Source: Nitrospinaceae bacterium (lineage in GTDB: Bacteria; Nitrospinota; Nitrospinia; Nitrospinales; Nitrospinaceae). From it: a stretch of 64,000 nucleotides of DNA. Under the pieces are notes generated by a model. That model made no database searches. It was given only the letters and a program-made list of their open reading frames with translations, and was not told the DNA's origin. Where the stretch lies: positions 1,024,001 to 1,088,000 of the forward strand of contig OZ245011.1 in assembly GCA_965223665.1 (NCBI GenBank). The letters are read 5' to 3'. Both the position numbers and the translations under genes were made by a program. The stretch's first letter is position 1; each line of letters opens with the position of its first letter. Positions 39,801 through 49,003 of the stretch are shown in pieces.

Positions 39801-42800
39801 ATATACTTTGGTTTGACCCGCATCTGCTGTAATCGTAATCCCCCGTTGAGAAATGGTAAAATTATCACCGACATAAGTGATGCTATAGTTCGCTCCGCCA
39901 TTGCCATCGCTTACAGTCAACGTTCCCTGGTTGATCGCATACGTTCCGACATCTTCACCCGCGGCCCGTGCCTGGGATCCGGTTAATGTATCACCACCCG
40001 CTAAACTTCCTGACGTGATCGTTTGCGTTAATGCAGGATCACTGTTGCCATACACTTTCGTCTGTCCCGCATCGGCGGTAATCGTAATTCCACGGGGTGT
40101 GATCGTGAAGTTATCGCCAACGTAAGTAATCGAATAGTTCGCACCGCCATTGCCATCGCTTACAGTCAAAGTTCCCTGGTTGATCGCATACGTTCCGACA
40201 TCTTCACCTGCGGCTCTCCCTTGACTGCCAGTTAAGGTATCTCCACCGGCTAACGTTCCTGCAGTGATCGTTTGGGTCAATGCAGGATCACTGTTGCCAT
40301 AGACTTTTGTTTGACCGGCATCTGCCGTGATTGTTATTCCACGTGTCGTGATCGTAAAATTATCTCCCACATAAGTGATGGAATAGTTTGCTCCGCCATT
40401 GCCATCACTTACAGTAAGAGTTCCCTGGTTGATCGCATACGTTCCGACATCTTCACCCGCGGCTCTTGCCTGACTACCGGTCAACGTATCACCGCCGGCC
40501 AAACTTCCTGACGTGATCGTTTGCGTTAATGCAGGATCACTGTTGCCATACACTTTGGTTTGACCTGCATCGGCGGTAATCGTAATGCCTCTTGGTGTGA
40601 TGGTGAAGTTATCGCCAACGTAAGTAATCGAATAGTTCGCACCGCCATTGCCATCACTTACAGTAAGAGTTCCCTGATTGATGGCGTACGTTCCTACATT
40701 CTCACCAGCCGCTCTGGCCTGACTACCGGTTAAACTATCGCTACCCGCTAAACTTCCTGACGTGATGGTTTGCGTTAACGCAGGATCACTGTTGCCATAC
40801 ACTTTTGTCTGCCCGGCATCGGCGGTAAGAGTGATCGGGCGTGTATTCACCGTTAAGGTGCCATTGGTGAAACTGATGCTATACCCTAATAAATCCGCCA
40901 GCGTTCCCTGCGTTATAGGATACGCACCGACATTACTGGTAGACGTGGCTGTGGTTGTTAGACCTCCAGTAAGTGCCGTACCTGCTGTGTCTCCATCGAT
41001 ATATCCGGAAGAAGCAAAAGTTAGTGCAGGATTACTGTCTCCATAGGTTCTGGCTTTGTCATCGGCGGTAATGGTTAAGGTCGGAGCGATATTGTAAAGC
41101 ACTCCATTATCGGTTGCTAAAAAGTTGCCCGGAATGGTGGGATACGTCGTATTGTATCTTTTTTTATCAGGAACCAAACCGCCTAAGGTCGTGGTTGCAG
41201 GGTCTGATGAATAAATCAACCACCGACCGGAAGCGGCTGATAACGCCCCGGCCCCGGCATTATTGATAAAATCTCCATTATTGGTCGTGGCGATCGTTAA
41301 ACTGTTTCCCGATCCACTGGCCGTTAACACGGTTCCACTGTCCAGTGTGATATCGCTATCTGCCGTCAATAAAATACTGGTTGCATTCACTGCCCCACCA
41401 TTGACCGTCAACGTGGAACCCCCTCCTGTGGCATCTACGGTTAATGCATTGCCCACAGTCGATGCAGCCAATGTGGTTGAAGTATTGTTGGTTAAACTGG
41501 CATCCCCGGTACCTGAAGTTGTAAAACTCACTGCACCTGAAAGTGCATTCGTTGCCGTATCCAGGGTGATCGATTGGTTCGCCAGGTCTGTAGTGAAACT
41601 CGAAGTCCCGCCTACCGTCAAAGCCCCGCTGTCAGTAATGGCGCCACCGGTTGTGATTGTCAGATTCTGACCCACACTCGACGTTGCCAGATCCACTGCT
41701 GTGGTGCCGTTATCCAAAGTCACTCCACCGGTTCCGGATGTGTTAAAAGTCACAGCACCGGTCAAAGCATTGGTCGGGGTGTCCAGGATAATCGATTGAT
41801 TCGCCAGGTCGGTGGTGAAACTCGAAGTCCCACCTACCGTCAAAGCCCCGCTATCCGTAATGGCGCCACCGGTTGTGATTGTCAGATTCTGACCCACACT
41901 CGACGTTGCCAGATCCACTGCTGTGGTGCCGTTATCCAGAGTCACTCCACCGGTTCCGGATGTGTTAAAAGTCACAGCACCGGTCAAAGCATTGGTCGGG
42001 GTGTCCAAAGTAATCGATTGATTGGCCACAGTGGTACTGAAACTGGAGTTGCCCGTTATCGCCAAGGCTCCACTATCCGTAATGGTACCTGCCGAGTTAA
42101 CCGTTAACGTTCCACCCAATGTTGAAGCGGCTAGTATGGTGTTGGTTGAGTCTGTTATAGATACTGCTCCGGTTCCGGAATTGAGAGTTATTGCCCCGGT
42201 AAAATCATTTCCACCATTAGTTAACGTGATCGTATCGCTTCCTGTCACCGTCAAATTGGAAGTTCCGTTGACATCGAAGTTATTTCCAAATCCTCCCACC
42301 TGAGCAATGTCTCCACCGGCAGTAATCACAAGGTTGCCTAAATTGGAAATGGAAGCCACTGTTACATCCGCCGCTGTATTGGTTCCCGAGTTTAAAGTTA
42401 AATGATTAGTAAATCCGGTCACCGCACCAATGTTTATAATACTGGCCGCTCCATTACCGGAATCGAAGGTGGTATTTCCTGTCAGTGACAACGCCCCAAT
42501 ATCTATTTGGGTATTGGTGGTATTAATCGTCCCGGCAGAAGAAGTGACACCGGCTGTCGTGTCCAGTCCCCCGGTGAAAGTAAGCGTTTTGGCATCATCG
42601 TCCAGTAACTCCACTCCCCCTGTATTGAGAAAAGTGGTGTCACTGGTCACTGTGCTGTCATCATAGAAACCGACAAAATAAGGTTGGGCCGTAGTCACCA
42701 GACTGGTAAGCGTCGTCGGTCCCATGAAGCTGATCGCACCGGTGGTATCGGTAACACTCACTGTGGTGGCCGTGGTGGTTCCTGAAAAAAATGTATCGCC

Positions 42801-45800
42801 ACTGTCTCTGATCGTCAGCGTCCCCACATTAGAGACCGAAGCAATGTTGATATCCGAAGCATTATCAGGCCCCGAATCCAGAGTTAAATTATTACCCGCT
42901 CCGGTGATGGCTCCAATGTTCATGTCACTTGTGGATGCCGTGCCCGAATCCAGAGTCGTTACACCCGCCAGAGTTAAGGCCCCGATATCCATTTGGGTAT
43001 CCGTGGTGTTCACTGTTCCACGGGCCGTGGTGGTTCCCGCTGTCGTATCCAGTCCTCCGGTAAACGTTATGATATCTCCGTCGGTATCTCCAAACGTCAC
43101 TCCTCCCGTATTCAGAAAGGTCGTGTCATTGGTAATGGTTCCACCATTGTTAAACAGCACGGAATACCCTTGAGCCGCTGTACTTAAGGTAGTGGCCGTC
43201 ACCGCATCGGTAAACGTGATCGCGTTATCTGTATCGGTGAGTGTGATCGTAGTTGCATTGACGGTACTGTTAAAGGTAGTCGCGTCGCTTTGTGTAATGG
43301 TGAGGCCGGTTAACCCGGTTAGCGCCTGGTTGAAGAAAATGTCACTTCCAGCTGTGGGTCCGCTGTTTTCAACAGTTAAGGTACCACTTGAGGTAATAGT
43401 TTCTAAAGTAATGTCGCCGCCGGCAGTATTGGTTTTGCCGGCACCATCCGCAATGGTGATATTGATATCCCCCGTTCCTGCATCCAGAGTGGTTCCTACG
43501 GCCATGGTGATTTCTGCATTGCCTGCATCGCGCTCAGCATCCACCACACCGTTGGCTAAAGTTTCATTGGCGGTCAGGTTCAGGTTTCCATTATCGGTCG
43601 TGATATTTTGATTGATTAAAATACTGCGGCCTGCCTGCATCGTCAGGTTGCCACCATCCCCTGCTCCATTATCGACAGTGATGGCACTATCGACTGTAAT
43701 ATCATTATTCGCCTGCAGCGTTACATTCTGCGGAGTGCTTAAAAGTGTGGCTAAGGTAGAAGAGGATAAGGTCAAGTCTTCGCTCGCTCGCGTGGCAAAA
43801 ACTGCATCTCCCACCGTATCAGGACCCATATTAAAATTTAAATCACTGAATTGGTAAAGATACACTGCTCCTGAGTTGGAAACACCATTTCCAAATCCAT
43901 CATCCAAATTCGCCCCCACTGCCAAACGGGTGCCATCCAAAGAGATGGACCTTCCAAAGGTGTCGCTTGAGTCTAGTGTTAGGTTAATGTCCTTAGGGCG
44001 GGTATTGTAACCATCGCCCATAATACCCTGCAAAGCACCCGTTCCATCAGTTGCCGATCCGTTATTACTGAAGGTGGAATCTGTAAATTGATATAGATAG
44101 ACGGCTCCACAAGCGGGACAGTCATTGGCTTGTCCATAATCGCTATTTGCCCCTACCGCTAAATTGTTCCCATTTAATGAAAGGGATCTACCAAAAAAAT
44201 CACCCAGGCCCGCATTATTATCAAGCAGAGTGCTGGCATCAATGTTTTTACCTCCGGTTTTACCTTCACCAATAACTGCCTGCTGTGTGATACCAGTAAA
44301 ATCGCCCGTAAAGGTAAACAAATAAACGGCTCCCTCGTTGGTGCCTGCATTGGTGCCAGGACTGGCCAAACCATCATCTCCGGAAGCACCAATGGCCAGA
44401 CGAGTTCCATCCAAACCAATGGAACGCCCAAAACCATCGACTGGATCCAAATTAATATTAAAGTTATTACCCCCCGTATAACCTTCGCCAATAATGGCGG
44501 ACAGAGAGCCACCACTAAAGACGGAATCTGTAAAGGTAAATGCATATGCGGCTCCGACTGATTCAAGATTGGCAAACCCATCATCATTTAAGGATCCAAC
44601 CGCAAGGTGAGTCCCGTCCAGGGATACACTGGTTCCAAATGAATCACCGGTATCCAATTGAGAGGATATATCTATATCCTTGGTACGGGTGTTATAACCC
44701 TCCCCTACTATCCCCTGAAGCGCTCCCGTCCCATCCGTAGCAGACCCATTATTGGAAAATAAACTGTCGGTAAATGTATAGAAATAAACCGCCCCGCTAC
44801 CACTAGCCGAATTTCCCTGACCGTCGTCCGAAGGAGCGCCTACCGCCAAACTTGTGCCATCTAAGGATAAAGCGGAACCAAAATTGTCATTTGTGTCTAA
44901 ACTTAAATTGATATTTTTTCCACCGGTATAGCCCTCACCGATTATGGCCTCCAAGGTACTGCCGGAAAAAGCAGTATCTAAAAATGAATATAAATACACT
45001 GCCCCGGATCCGGATTCCACGTTACCGGAACCATCATCTGTAGGAGCCCCCACTGCAAGCTGAGTATTATCCAAAGAAACTGCAAGACCAAATTCATCTG
45101 AAGATTCTAAACTTTGATCAACATTTTTTCCTATTGAATAGCCTGAACCTAAAGTTCCTTGTTGTATTCCCCCTGAAAAGGAGGAGTCAGTAAAAGTAAA
45201 TAAGTGAACAGCACCAGACTCTGAGACAGCATTACCAAAACCATCGTCACCGAGGGAACTCACTGCCAACCGGTTTCCATCTAAAGAAACACCAAAACCA
45301 AGTTCATCATTAGTTTCCAAAGCCTGGTTTATATTTTTTCCCCCTGTATATCCACTACCAATAGTTGCCTCTAACGTACCCCCCGAAAATGTCGAGTCGG
45401 TGAAACTGTATAAATAAACAGCACCATAATCATTCGAACCACTCAGACCAAAACCATCATCTTCGTAGCTGCCTACCGCTAACCGATTCCCATCTAGAGA
45501 AAGATCCGAAGCATAAAAATCTGAGGTGTCTAAAGATTGGTTGATATTTTTTCCACCGGTATAACCACTACCTAAAGTAGCTTCTAACGTACCCCCCGAA
45601 AATGTCGAGTCGGTGAAACTGTATAAATAAACAGCACCATAATCATTCGAACCACTCAGACCAAAACCATCATCGCTTTCAGCCCCAATGGCAAGACGGT
45701 TTCCATTTAAAGAAACCGATGTACCCAACTCATCGCCGATATCCAACGATTGATCAATGTTTTTGCCGCCAGTATAGCCATCGCCAATCATGGCCTCCAA

Positions 45801-48227
45801 GGTACCGCCGGAAAAGGTGGAATCGGTAAAACTGTATAAGTACACTTCTCCAGAACCATCAACCGTATTCCCAGAACCATCACCGTCATCGGCTCCGACA
45901 GCTAAACTATTGCCATCCAGGGATACTGAAAAACCAAAGCTATCGAGTGTATCTAAATTTTGATTTATATTTTTTCCCCCGGTGTAACCATCTCCAATAA
46001 TGGCTTCCAGATTACCTCCCGAAAAAGAGGAGTCTGTAAAGCTATATAAATAAACCGCTCCAGCATCAGTCTCTATATTCCCAAATCCATCATCATTTTC
46101 AGCTCCAACTACCAAACGGTTTCCATCCAATGAAACCCGGCTTCCAAATTCGTCATTGGCCTCCAAAGATTGATTAATGTTTTTACCACCGGTGTAACCA
46201 CTGCCAATAATCGCTTCTAATGCACCACCAGAAAAAGAATGGTCAGTAAATTCATATAAATAAACTGCCCCTGAATCTGCAACAGAATTTCCGGACCCAT
46301 CATCCCACTGAGATCCAACCGCTACTCGGGTTCCATCCAGTGAAACCGAATAACCAAAGTTATCGCTAGAATCTAAACTTTGACTTCCAATATTCAATGA
46401 ATCGTATCCATTACCAATGATGATGACGCTTTGGTCAAAACTGGTGGTATCCGCAATGGTGATGTTTTTGGGATCGAGGAGGAAGGTTCCTAATCGGTCT
46501 CCACGACCGGTTAAAGCCGTGCCGCCAAAAGTTAATGTATTACCCGAAGAAACTTCAATAAAACCACCAAATCCACTAAGAAACCCGGGTTGAGCTAAAT
46601 ATTGTCCCAATACGGGTCCCCCTTGATCTGACCACGTAATGATCGTTCCACCGTCGCCATGGTCACCCAACGCACTTGCCTTCACTTGCGTCGCATCCGT
46701 CATCGAAAGAATTTGCGCATTCGGCAATTCATCTATTTCCAGATTCTTTCCGCCCTGGTATTCCCCTCCTAAGCGAATCGTTCCTCCACCGGTTTCACCC
46801 GATGCATCCATTTCACCGGAAAGAAACTTTAAGGCAGGTGCCGTTACATCAATTTGCCCACCCTCTCCTTTTGTTCCAATTGCCTTGTATTTGGCGGAAG
46901 TCGTAATCTGCTGCTCTGCCATATGAGAAATCGACCCCCCTTCAGCTCCCGATACATCGATAGAAGCACTGCTGTTCTCCCAGGATTTAGCTTTTGTATT
47001 GAGAACAACCTCTCCACCTTTTCCGGAAAAACCTAATGCTTTGATTGAAGAAGCAATCGATAACCCTCCAGATTCAACAGAAACTATTCCACCAGAATCC
47101 CCACTCGCATCCACCTCTCCACCCACACTCACCCAATGGGTTCCTTCAATGTCGATAGCTCCTCCATCTGAATCTTGACTTGTAGCAAGCAAATTTCCTT
47201 GGTCTATAGTTACCGCAGATCCAGAAACTGAAATGCTGCCTCCAGATTCTCCTGCCTGATCTCCCGAGGCATCTAATACCCCGGCAATATGAACGGCCCC
47301 TTCTCCACCCTCCAGAATAATTTCCCCATTGACTACCGATGCCGTTTTCGCTTCCACTACCCCTGAACTGTTAATCACATGGTCCACTACATTTTTGGCG
47401 GCATTCACCTCCATCACAATCTGCCCACCCTCGGCACTTATGGTTCCACTGTTACTGACTAATGAAATAAGAGGACTGCCATCGAGACCTATCACTTGCT
47501 CTAATACCTGCCCCTCCACACTGAGATTGATCAGTTTGTCTCCATAAAAATCCAGGGTAAACTCCGTCCCCGAGGCAAGATTTACTTTTCCCAGTCGTGC
47601 GGTGATTATTCCTGAGTTTTCCACCCCCGGAGCTACAAAGGCTGCCAATCCCCCTTCAGAAACTGTAATCTGTCCCTGATTAATCACGTAACCCAGGTGG
47701 GATGAGGCCCCTTTAAAAAAATAATTACCTGACATGAAATCTTTGTTGTCGATATCCAGAGTCGTCGCCACCAGACCATTCACATCGATCCGGGATCCCT
47801 TTCCAAACAGGATTCCATTGGGATTGATCAGCATCAGGTTTCCATTGGAAGAGAGCTTTCCAAAAATATTGGATCGTTCAGAACCGGTCACTCGATTAAG
47901 AGTGATTCCATTAGAGGAGGGTAATTGAAAATCCACATGCTCGTTACTATTGATGCTAAAGCTGCGCCAGTCGATAATAGCTTTATTCGTCGATTGCTGT
48001 ATCAACAGCTTCTCTTCATGAGGATGAGAGATAGAGGCGGAACCGGCTTGAACTATACCTTCTTTAGGGAGAGCAACTGCGAGGGAGGAAAAATTACCGA
48101 TTAAGGATATAAGTATAGTAAAAAAACCAATTAGCTTAGAAATTAGTTTCTTAAAGTTTAATTTACTTTTTTTTGAATAAGGTTTTACTTTCAACAAGGA
48201 GCAAAAATAAATAAATGTTTGTACCAA
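36879..48227 (-). CDS. Giant filamentous-haemagglutinin-family adhesin: TPS domain, FG-GAP-like repeats, beta-helix, MBG repeats
   Basis: AIIDWRSFSI, LNRVTG, LINPNGILFG; LLDPKNITI; 12 FG-GAP-like repeats; 14+1 MBG repeats. Confidence 0.92.
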   Translation of the reverse strand: MVQTFIYFCSLLKVKPYSKKSKLNFKKLISKLIGFFTILISLIGNFSSLAVALPKEGIVQAGSASISHPHEEKLLIQQSTNKAIIDWRSFSINSNEHVDFQLPSSNGITLNRVTGSERSNIFGKLSSNGNLMLINPNGILFGKGSRIDVNGLVATTLDIDNKDFMSGNYFFKGASSHLGYVINQGQITVSEGGLAAFVAPGVENSGIITARLGKVNLASGTEFTLDFYGDKLINLSVEGQVLEQVIGLDGSPLISLVSNSGTISAEGGQIVMEVNAAKNVVDHVINSSGVVEAKTASVVNGEIILEGGEGAVHIAGVLDASGDQAGESGGSISVSGSAVTIDQGNLLATSQDSDGGAIDIEGTHWVSVGGEVDASGDSGGIVSVESGGLSIASSIKALGFSGKGGEVVLNTKAKSWENSSASIDVSGAEGGSISHMAEQQITTSAKYKAIGTKGEGGQIDVTAPALKFLSGEMDASGETGGGTIRLGGEYQGGKNLEIDELPNAQILSMTDATQVKASALGDHGDGGTIITWSDQGGPVLGQYLAQPGFLSGFGGFIEVSSGNTLTFGGTALTGRGDRLGTFLLDPKNITIADTTSFDQSVIIIGNGYDSLNIGSQSLDSSDNFGYSVSLDGTRVAVGSQWDDGSGNSVADSGAVYLYEFTDHSFSGGALEAIIGSGYTGGKNINQSLEANDEFGSRVSLDGNRLVVGAENDDGFGNIETDAGAVYLYSFTDSSFSGGNLEAIIGDGYTGGKNINQNLDTLDSFGFSVSLDGNSLAVGADDGDGSGNTVDGSGEVYLYSFTDSTFSGGTLEAMIGDGYTGGKNIDQSLDIGDELGTSVSLNGNRLAIGAESDDGFGLSGSNDYGAVYLYSFTDSTFSGGTLEATLGSGYTGGKNINQSLDTSDFYASDLSLDGNRLAVGSYEDDGFGLSGSNDYGAVYLYSFTDSTFSGGTLEATIGSGYTGGKNINQALETNDELGFGVSLDGNRLAVSSLGDDGFGNAVSESGAVHLFTFTDSSFSGGIQQGTLGSGYSIGKNVDQSLESSDEFGLAVSLDNTQLAVGAPTDDGSGNVESGSGAVYLYSFLDTAFSGSTLEAIIGEGYTGGKNINLSLDTNDNFGSALSLDGTSLAVGAPSDDGQGNSASGSGAVYFYTFTDSLFSNNGSATDGTGALQGIVGEGYNTRTKDIDISSQLDTGDSFGTSVSLDGTHLAVGSLNDDGFANLESVGAAYAFTFTDSVFSGGSLSAIIGEGYTGGNNFNINLDPVDGFGRSIGLDGTRLAIGASGDDGLASPGTNAGTNEGAVYLFTFTGDFTGITQQAVIGEGKTGGKNIDASTLLDNNAGLGDFFGRSLSLNGNNLAVGANSDYGQANDCPACGAVYLYQFTDSTFSNNGSATDGTGALQGIMGDGYNTRPKDINLTLDSSDTFGRSISLDGTRLAVGANLDDGFGNGVSNSGAVYLYQFSDLNFNMGPDTVGDAVFATRASEDLTLSSSTLATLLSTPQNVTLQANNDITVDSAITVDNGAGDGGNLTMQAGRSILINQNITTDNGNLNLTANETLANGVVDAERDAGNAEITMAVGTTLDAGTGDINITIADGAGKTNTAGGDITLETITSSGTLTVENSGPTAGSDIFFNQALTGLTGLTITQSDATTFNSTVNATTITLTDTDNAITFTDAVTATTLSTAAQGYSVLFNNGGTITNDTTFLNTGGVTFGDTDGDIITFTGGLDTTAGTTTARGTVNTTDTQMDIGALTLAGVTTLDSGTASTSDMNIGAITGAGNNLTLDSGPDNASDINIASVSNVGTLTIRDSGDTFFSGTTTATTVSVTDTTGAISFMGPTTLTSLVTTAQPYFVGFYDDSTVTSDTTFLNTGGVELLDDDAKTLTFTGGLDTTAGVTSSAGTINTTNTQIDIGALSLTGNTTFDSGNGAASIINIGAVTGFTNHLTLNSGTNTAADVTVASISNLGNLVITAGGDIAQVGGFGNNFDVNGTSNLTVTGSDTITLTNGGNDFTGAITLNSGTGAVSITDSTNTILAASTLGGTLTVNSAGTITDSGALAITGNSSFSTTVANQSITLDTPTNALTGAVTFNTSGTGGVTLDNGTTAVDLATSSVGQNLTITTGGAITDSGALTVGGTSSFTTDLANQSIILDTPTNALTGAVTFNTSGTGGVTLDNGTTAVDLATSSVGQNLTITTGGAITDSGALTVGGTSSFTTDLANQSITLDTATNALSGAVSFTTSGTGDASLTNNTSTTLAASTVGNALTVDATGGGSTLTVNGGAVNATSILLTADSDITLDSGTVLTASGSGNSLTIATTNNGDFINNAGAGALSAASGRWLIYSSDPATTTLGGLVPDKKRYNTTYPTIPGNFLATDNGVLYNIAPTLTITADDKARTYGDSNPALTFASSGYIDGDTAGTALTGGLTTTATSTSNVGAYPITQGTLADLLGYSISFTNGTLTVNTRPITLTADAGQTKVYGNSDPALTQTITSGSLAGSDSLTGSQARAAGENVGTYAINQGTLTVSDGNGGANYSITYVGDNFTITPRGITITADAGQTKVYGNSDPALTQTITSGSLAGGDTLTGSQARAAGEDVGTYAINQGTLTVSDGNGGANYSITYVGDNFTITTRGITITADAGQTKVYGNSDPALTQTITAGTLAGGDTLTGSQGRAAGEDVGTYAINQGTLTVSDGNGGANYSITYVGDNFTITPRGITITADAGQTKVYGNSDPALTQTITSGSLAGGDTLTGSQARAAGEDVGTYAINQGTLTVSDGNGGANYSITYVGDNFTISQRGITITADAGQTKVYGNSDPALTQTITAGTLVGGDTLTGSQARAAGENVGTYAINQGTLTVSDGNGGANYSITYVGDNFTITTRGITITADAGQTKVYGNSDPTLTQTITAGSLAGGDTLTGSQSRAAGENVGTYAINQGTLTVSDGNGGANYSITYVGDNFTITTRGITITADTGQTKVYGNSDPALTQTITSGSLAGGDTLTGSQARAAGENVGTYAINQGTLTVSDGNGGANYSITYVGDNFTITPRGITITADAGQSKVFGSSDPALTQTITSGSLAGGDTLTGSQARAAGEDVGTYAINQGTLTVSDGNGGANYSITYVGENFTITPNGITITADAGQGKVYGNSDPALTQTITSGSLVGGDTLTGSLSRAAGEDTGAYAINQGTLTVDDGNGGANYTITYVGDNFTISPRGITITADAGQTKVYGNSDPALTQTITSGTLVGGDTLTGSQARAAGENVGTYAINQGTLTVSDGNGGANYSITYVGDNFSITPRGITITADAGQTKVYGNSDPALTQTITAGSLAGGDTLTGSQARAAGENVGTYAINQGTLTVSDGNGGANYSITYVGDNFTITPRGITITADAGQAKVYGNSDPALTQTITAGSLVGGDTLTGSQARAAGEDVGTYAINQGTLSVSDGNGGANYSITYVGDNFTISQRGITITADAGQTKVYGNSDPALTQTITAGTLVGGDTLTGSQARAAGENVGTYAINQGTLTVSDGNGGANYSITYVGDNFTITPRGITITANSGQSKIVGDPDPALTFSVTAGSLAGGDSFLGSQVRALGETIGSYPISQGTLAINDGNGGANYNLIYFGDNFAIISSGPPSNLPVDPDDRTNNLLENIKNQPEETSTVNSEIINVNYNLAQMNETLIMEQLTELSLEELLDTEIGSPILNAKLFEFLESGKIVTEDILPNWMDSLVSMRLDQLQRKKIKKSENYFRRYLVYENESEEIEMECMVVSAGTSKGDRICSQEYGPNN
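37356..40841 (-). repeat. 14 tandem 249-bp (83-aa) MBG-domain repeats
   Basis: Unit RGITITADAGQTKVYGNSDPALTQ...ANYSITYVGDNFTIT; 14 x 249 = 3486 bp. Confidence 0.92.
41560..42025 (-). repeat. Near-identical 222-bp (74-aa) internal duplication in the adhesin
   Basis: GTCAAAGCATTGGTCGGGGTGTCC at 41761 and 41983. Confidence 0.85.
43850..46385 (-). repeat. 12 FG-GAP/integrin-alpha-like repeats (~70-80 aa)
   Basis: D.FG.SVSLDG.RLAVGA..DDG.G....GAVYLY.FTD repeated. Confidence 0.85.
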
Positions 48228-49003
48228 TAAGTTTTAAGGCAATACTTGGTTTAATTAATAAATCCAAAAACTAAATTACAACTTAGGAAATTATTTGAAA
48301 CTTATATTTATGGAGCTTATGAATAGGTTAATTACCCGAATAACCCAAGTCAACTAATCCATTGATTTTAAAGGCTATTTTGGCATTTCTTCTAATCGAA
48401 ACCCACCATTTTTGAGGTGCTAAAATGAGGGATTTGGAAAGGCTTTAATCAAAAAAAAATTTTTAAGTAATTATACAAAACTACTTTTTTGGGGTGCATT
48501 CTTTATTAGGGAGATGAACTATTTAACTTGGAAATTAAGAATTTTGGCGAGAATGGTACATATACAATCTGAATATTGAGAATAACTTTTCCGATAAAAT
48601 TCCAATTTAAGTATTCAAAAAACTTATATTGAAAAAAGCAGGCCTTAGAAAAAATATTACTAAAGAGATATATAGTAAACAAATTTTTTAAATGTTATTC
48701 CTTAATATTTTATTCTTATTTATTTGATTTTTTTAATATTTTTAATATCCTAACTGATAAAAGGATTAAATAACTTGCCAATTTTTAAATATACAGAAAG
48801 CTAATGAGTAATATTAAAATGGATCCTTTTTCCCTAGAAAGTTGAAGATTGTCGTTTTGAATTTCTTATAAGTTGCCCCATGAATTTAAATAAAGAATAA
48901 AGAGAAAGAATATAGAAGAAAAGCAGATAAATAGCCAACCTGTAAAAAAAATAAACTAAATTACTTATAATAAATACACAGTAGTTATTCGAAAATTCCA
49001 GGT

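Noticed and set aside
37356-40841. Regular repeats as a CRISPR array
   Set aside because: 249-bp in-frame coding repeats without unique spacers; no cas genes
37051-47928. Numerous + strand ORFs inside the adhesin gene
   Set aside because: Antisense shadows of a repetitive Gly/Thr/Ala-rich gene
48228-49003. Hidden gene or ncRNA in the 776-bp gap upstream of the adhesin
   Set aside because: Only short stop-interrupted frames and no convincing structure; probably regulatory DNA
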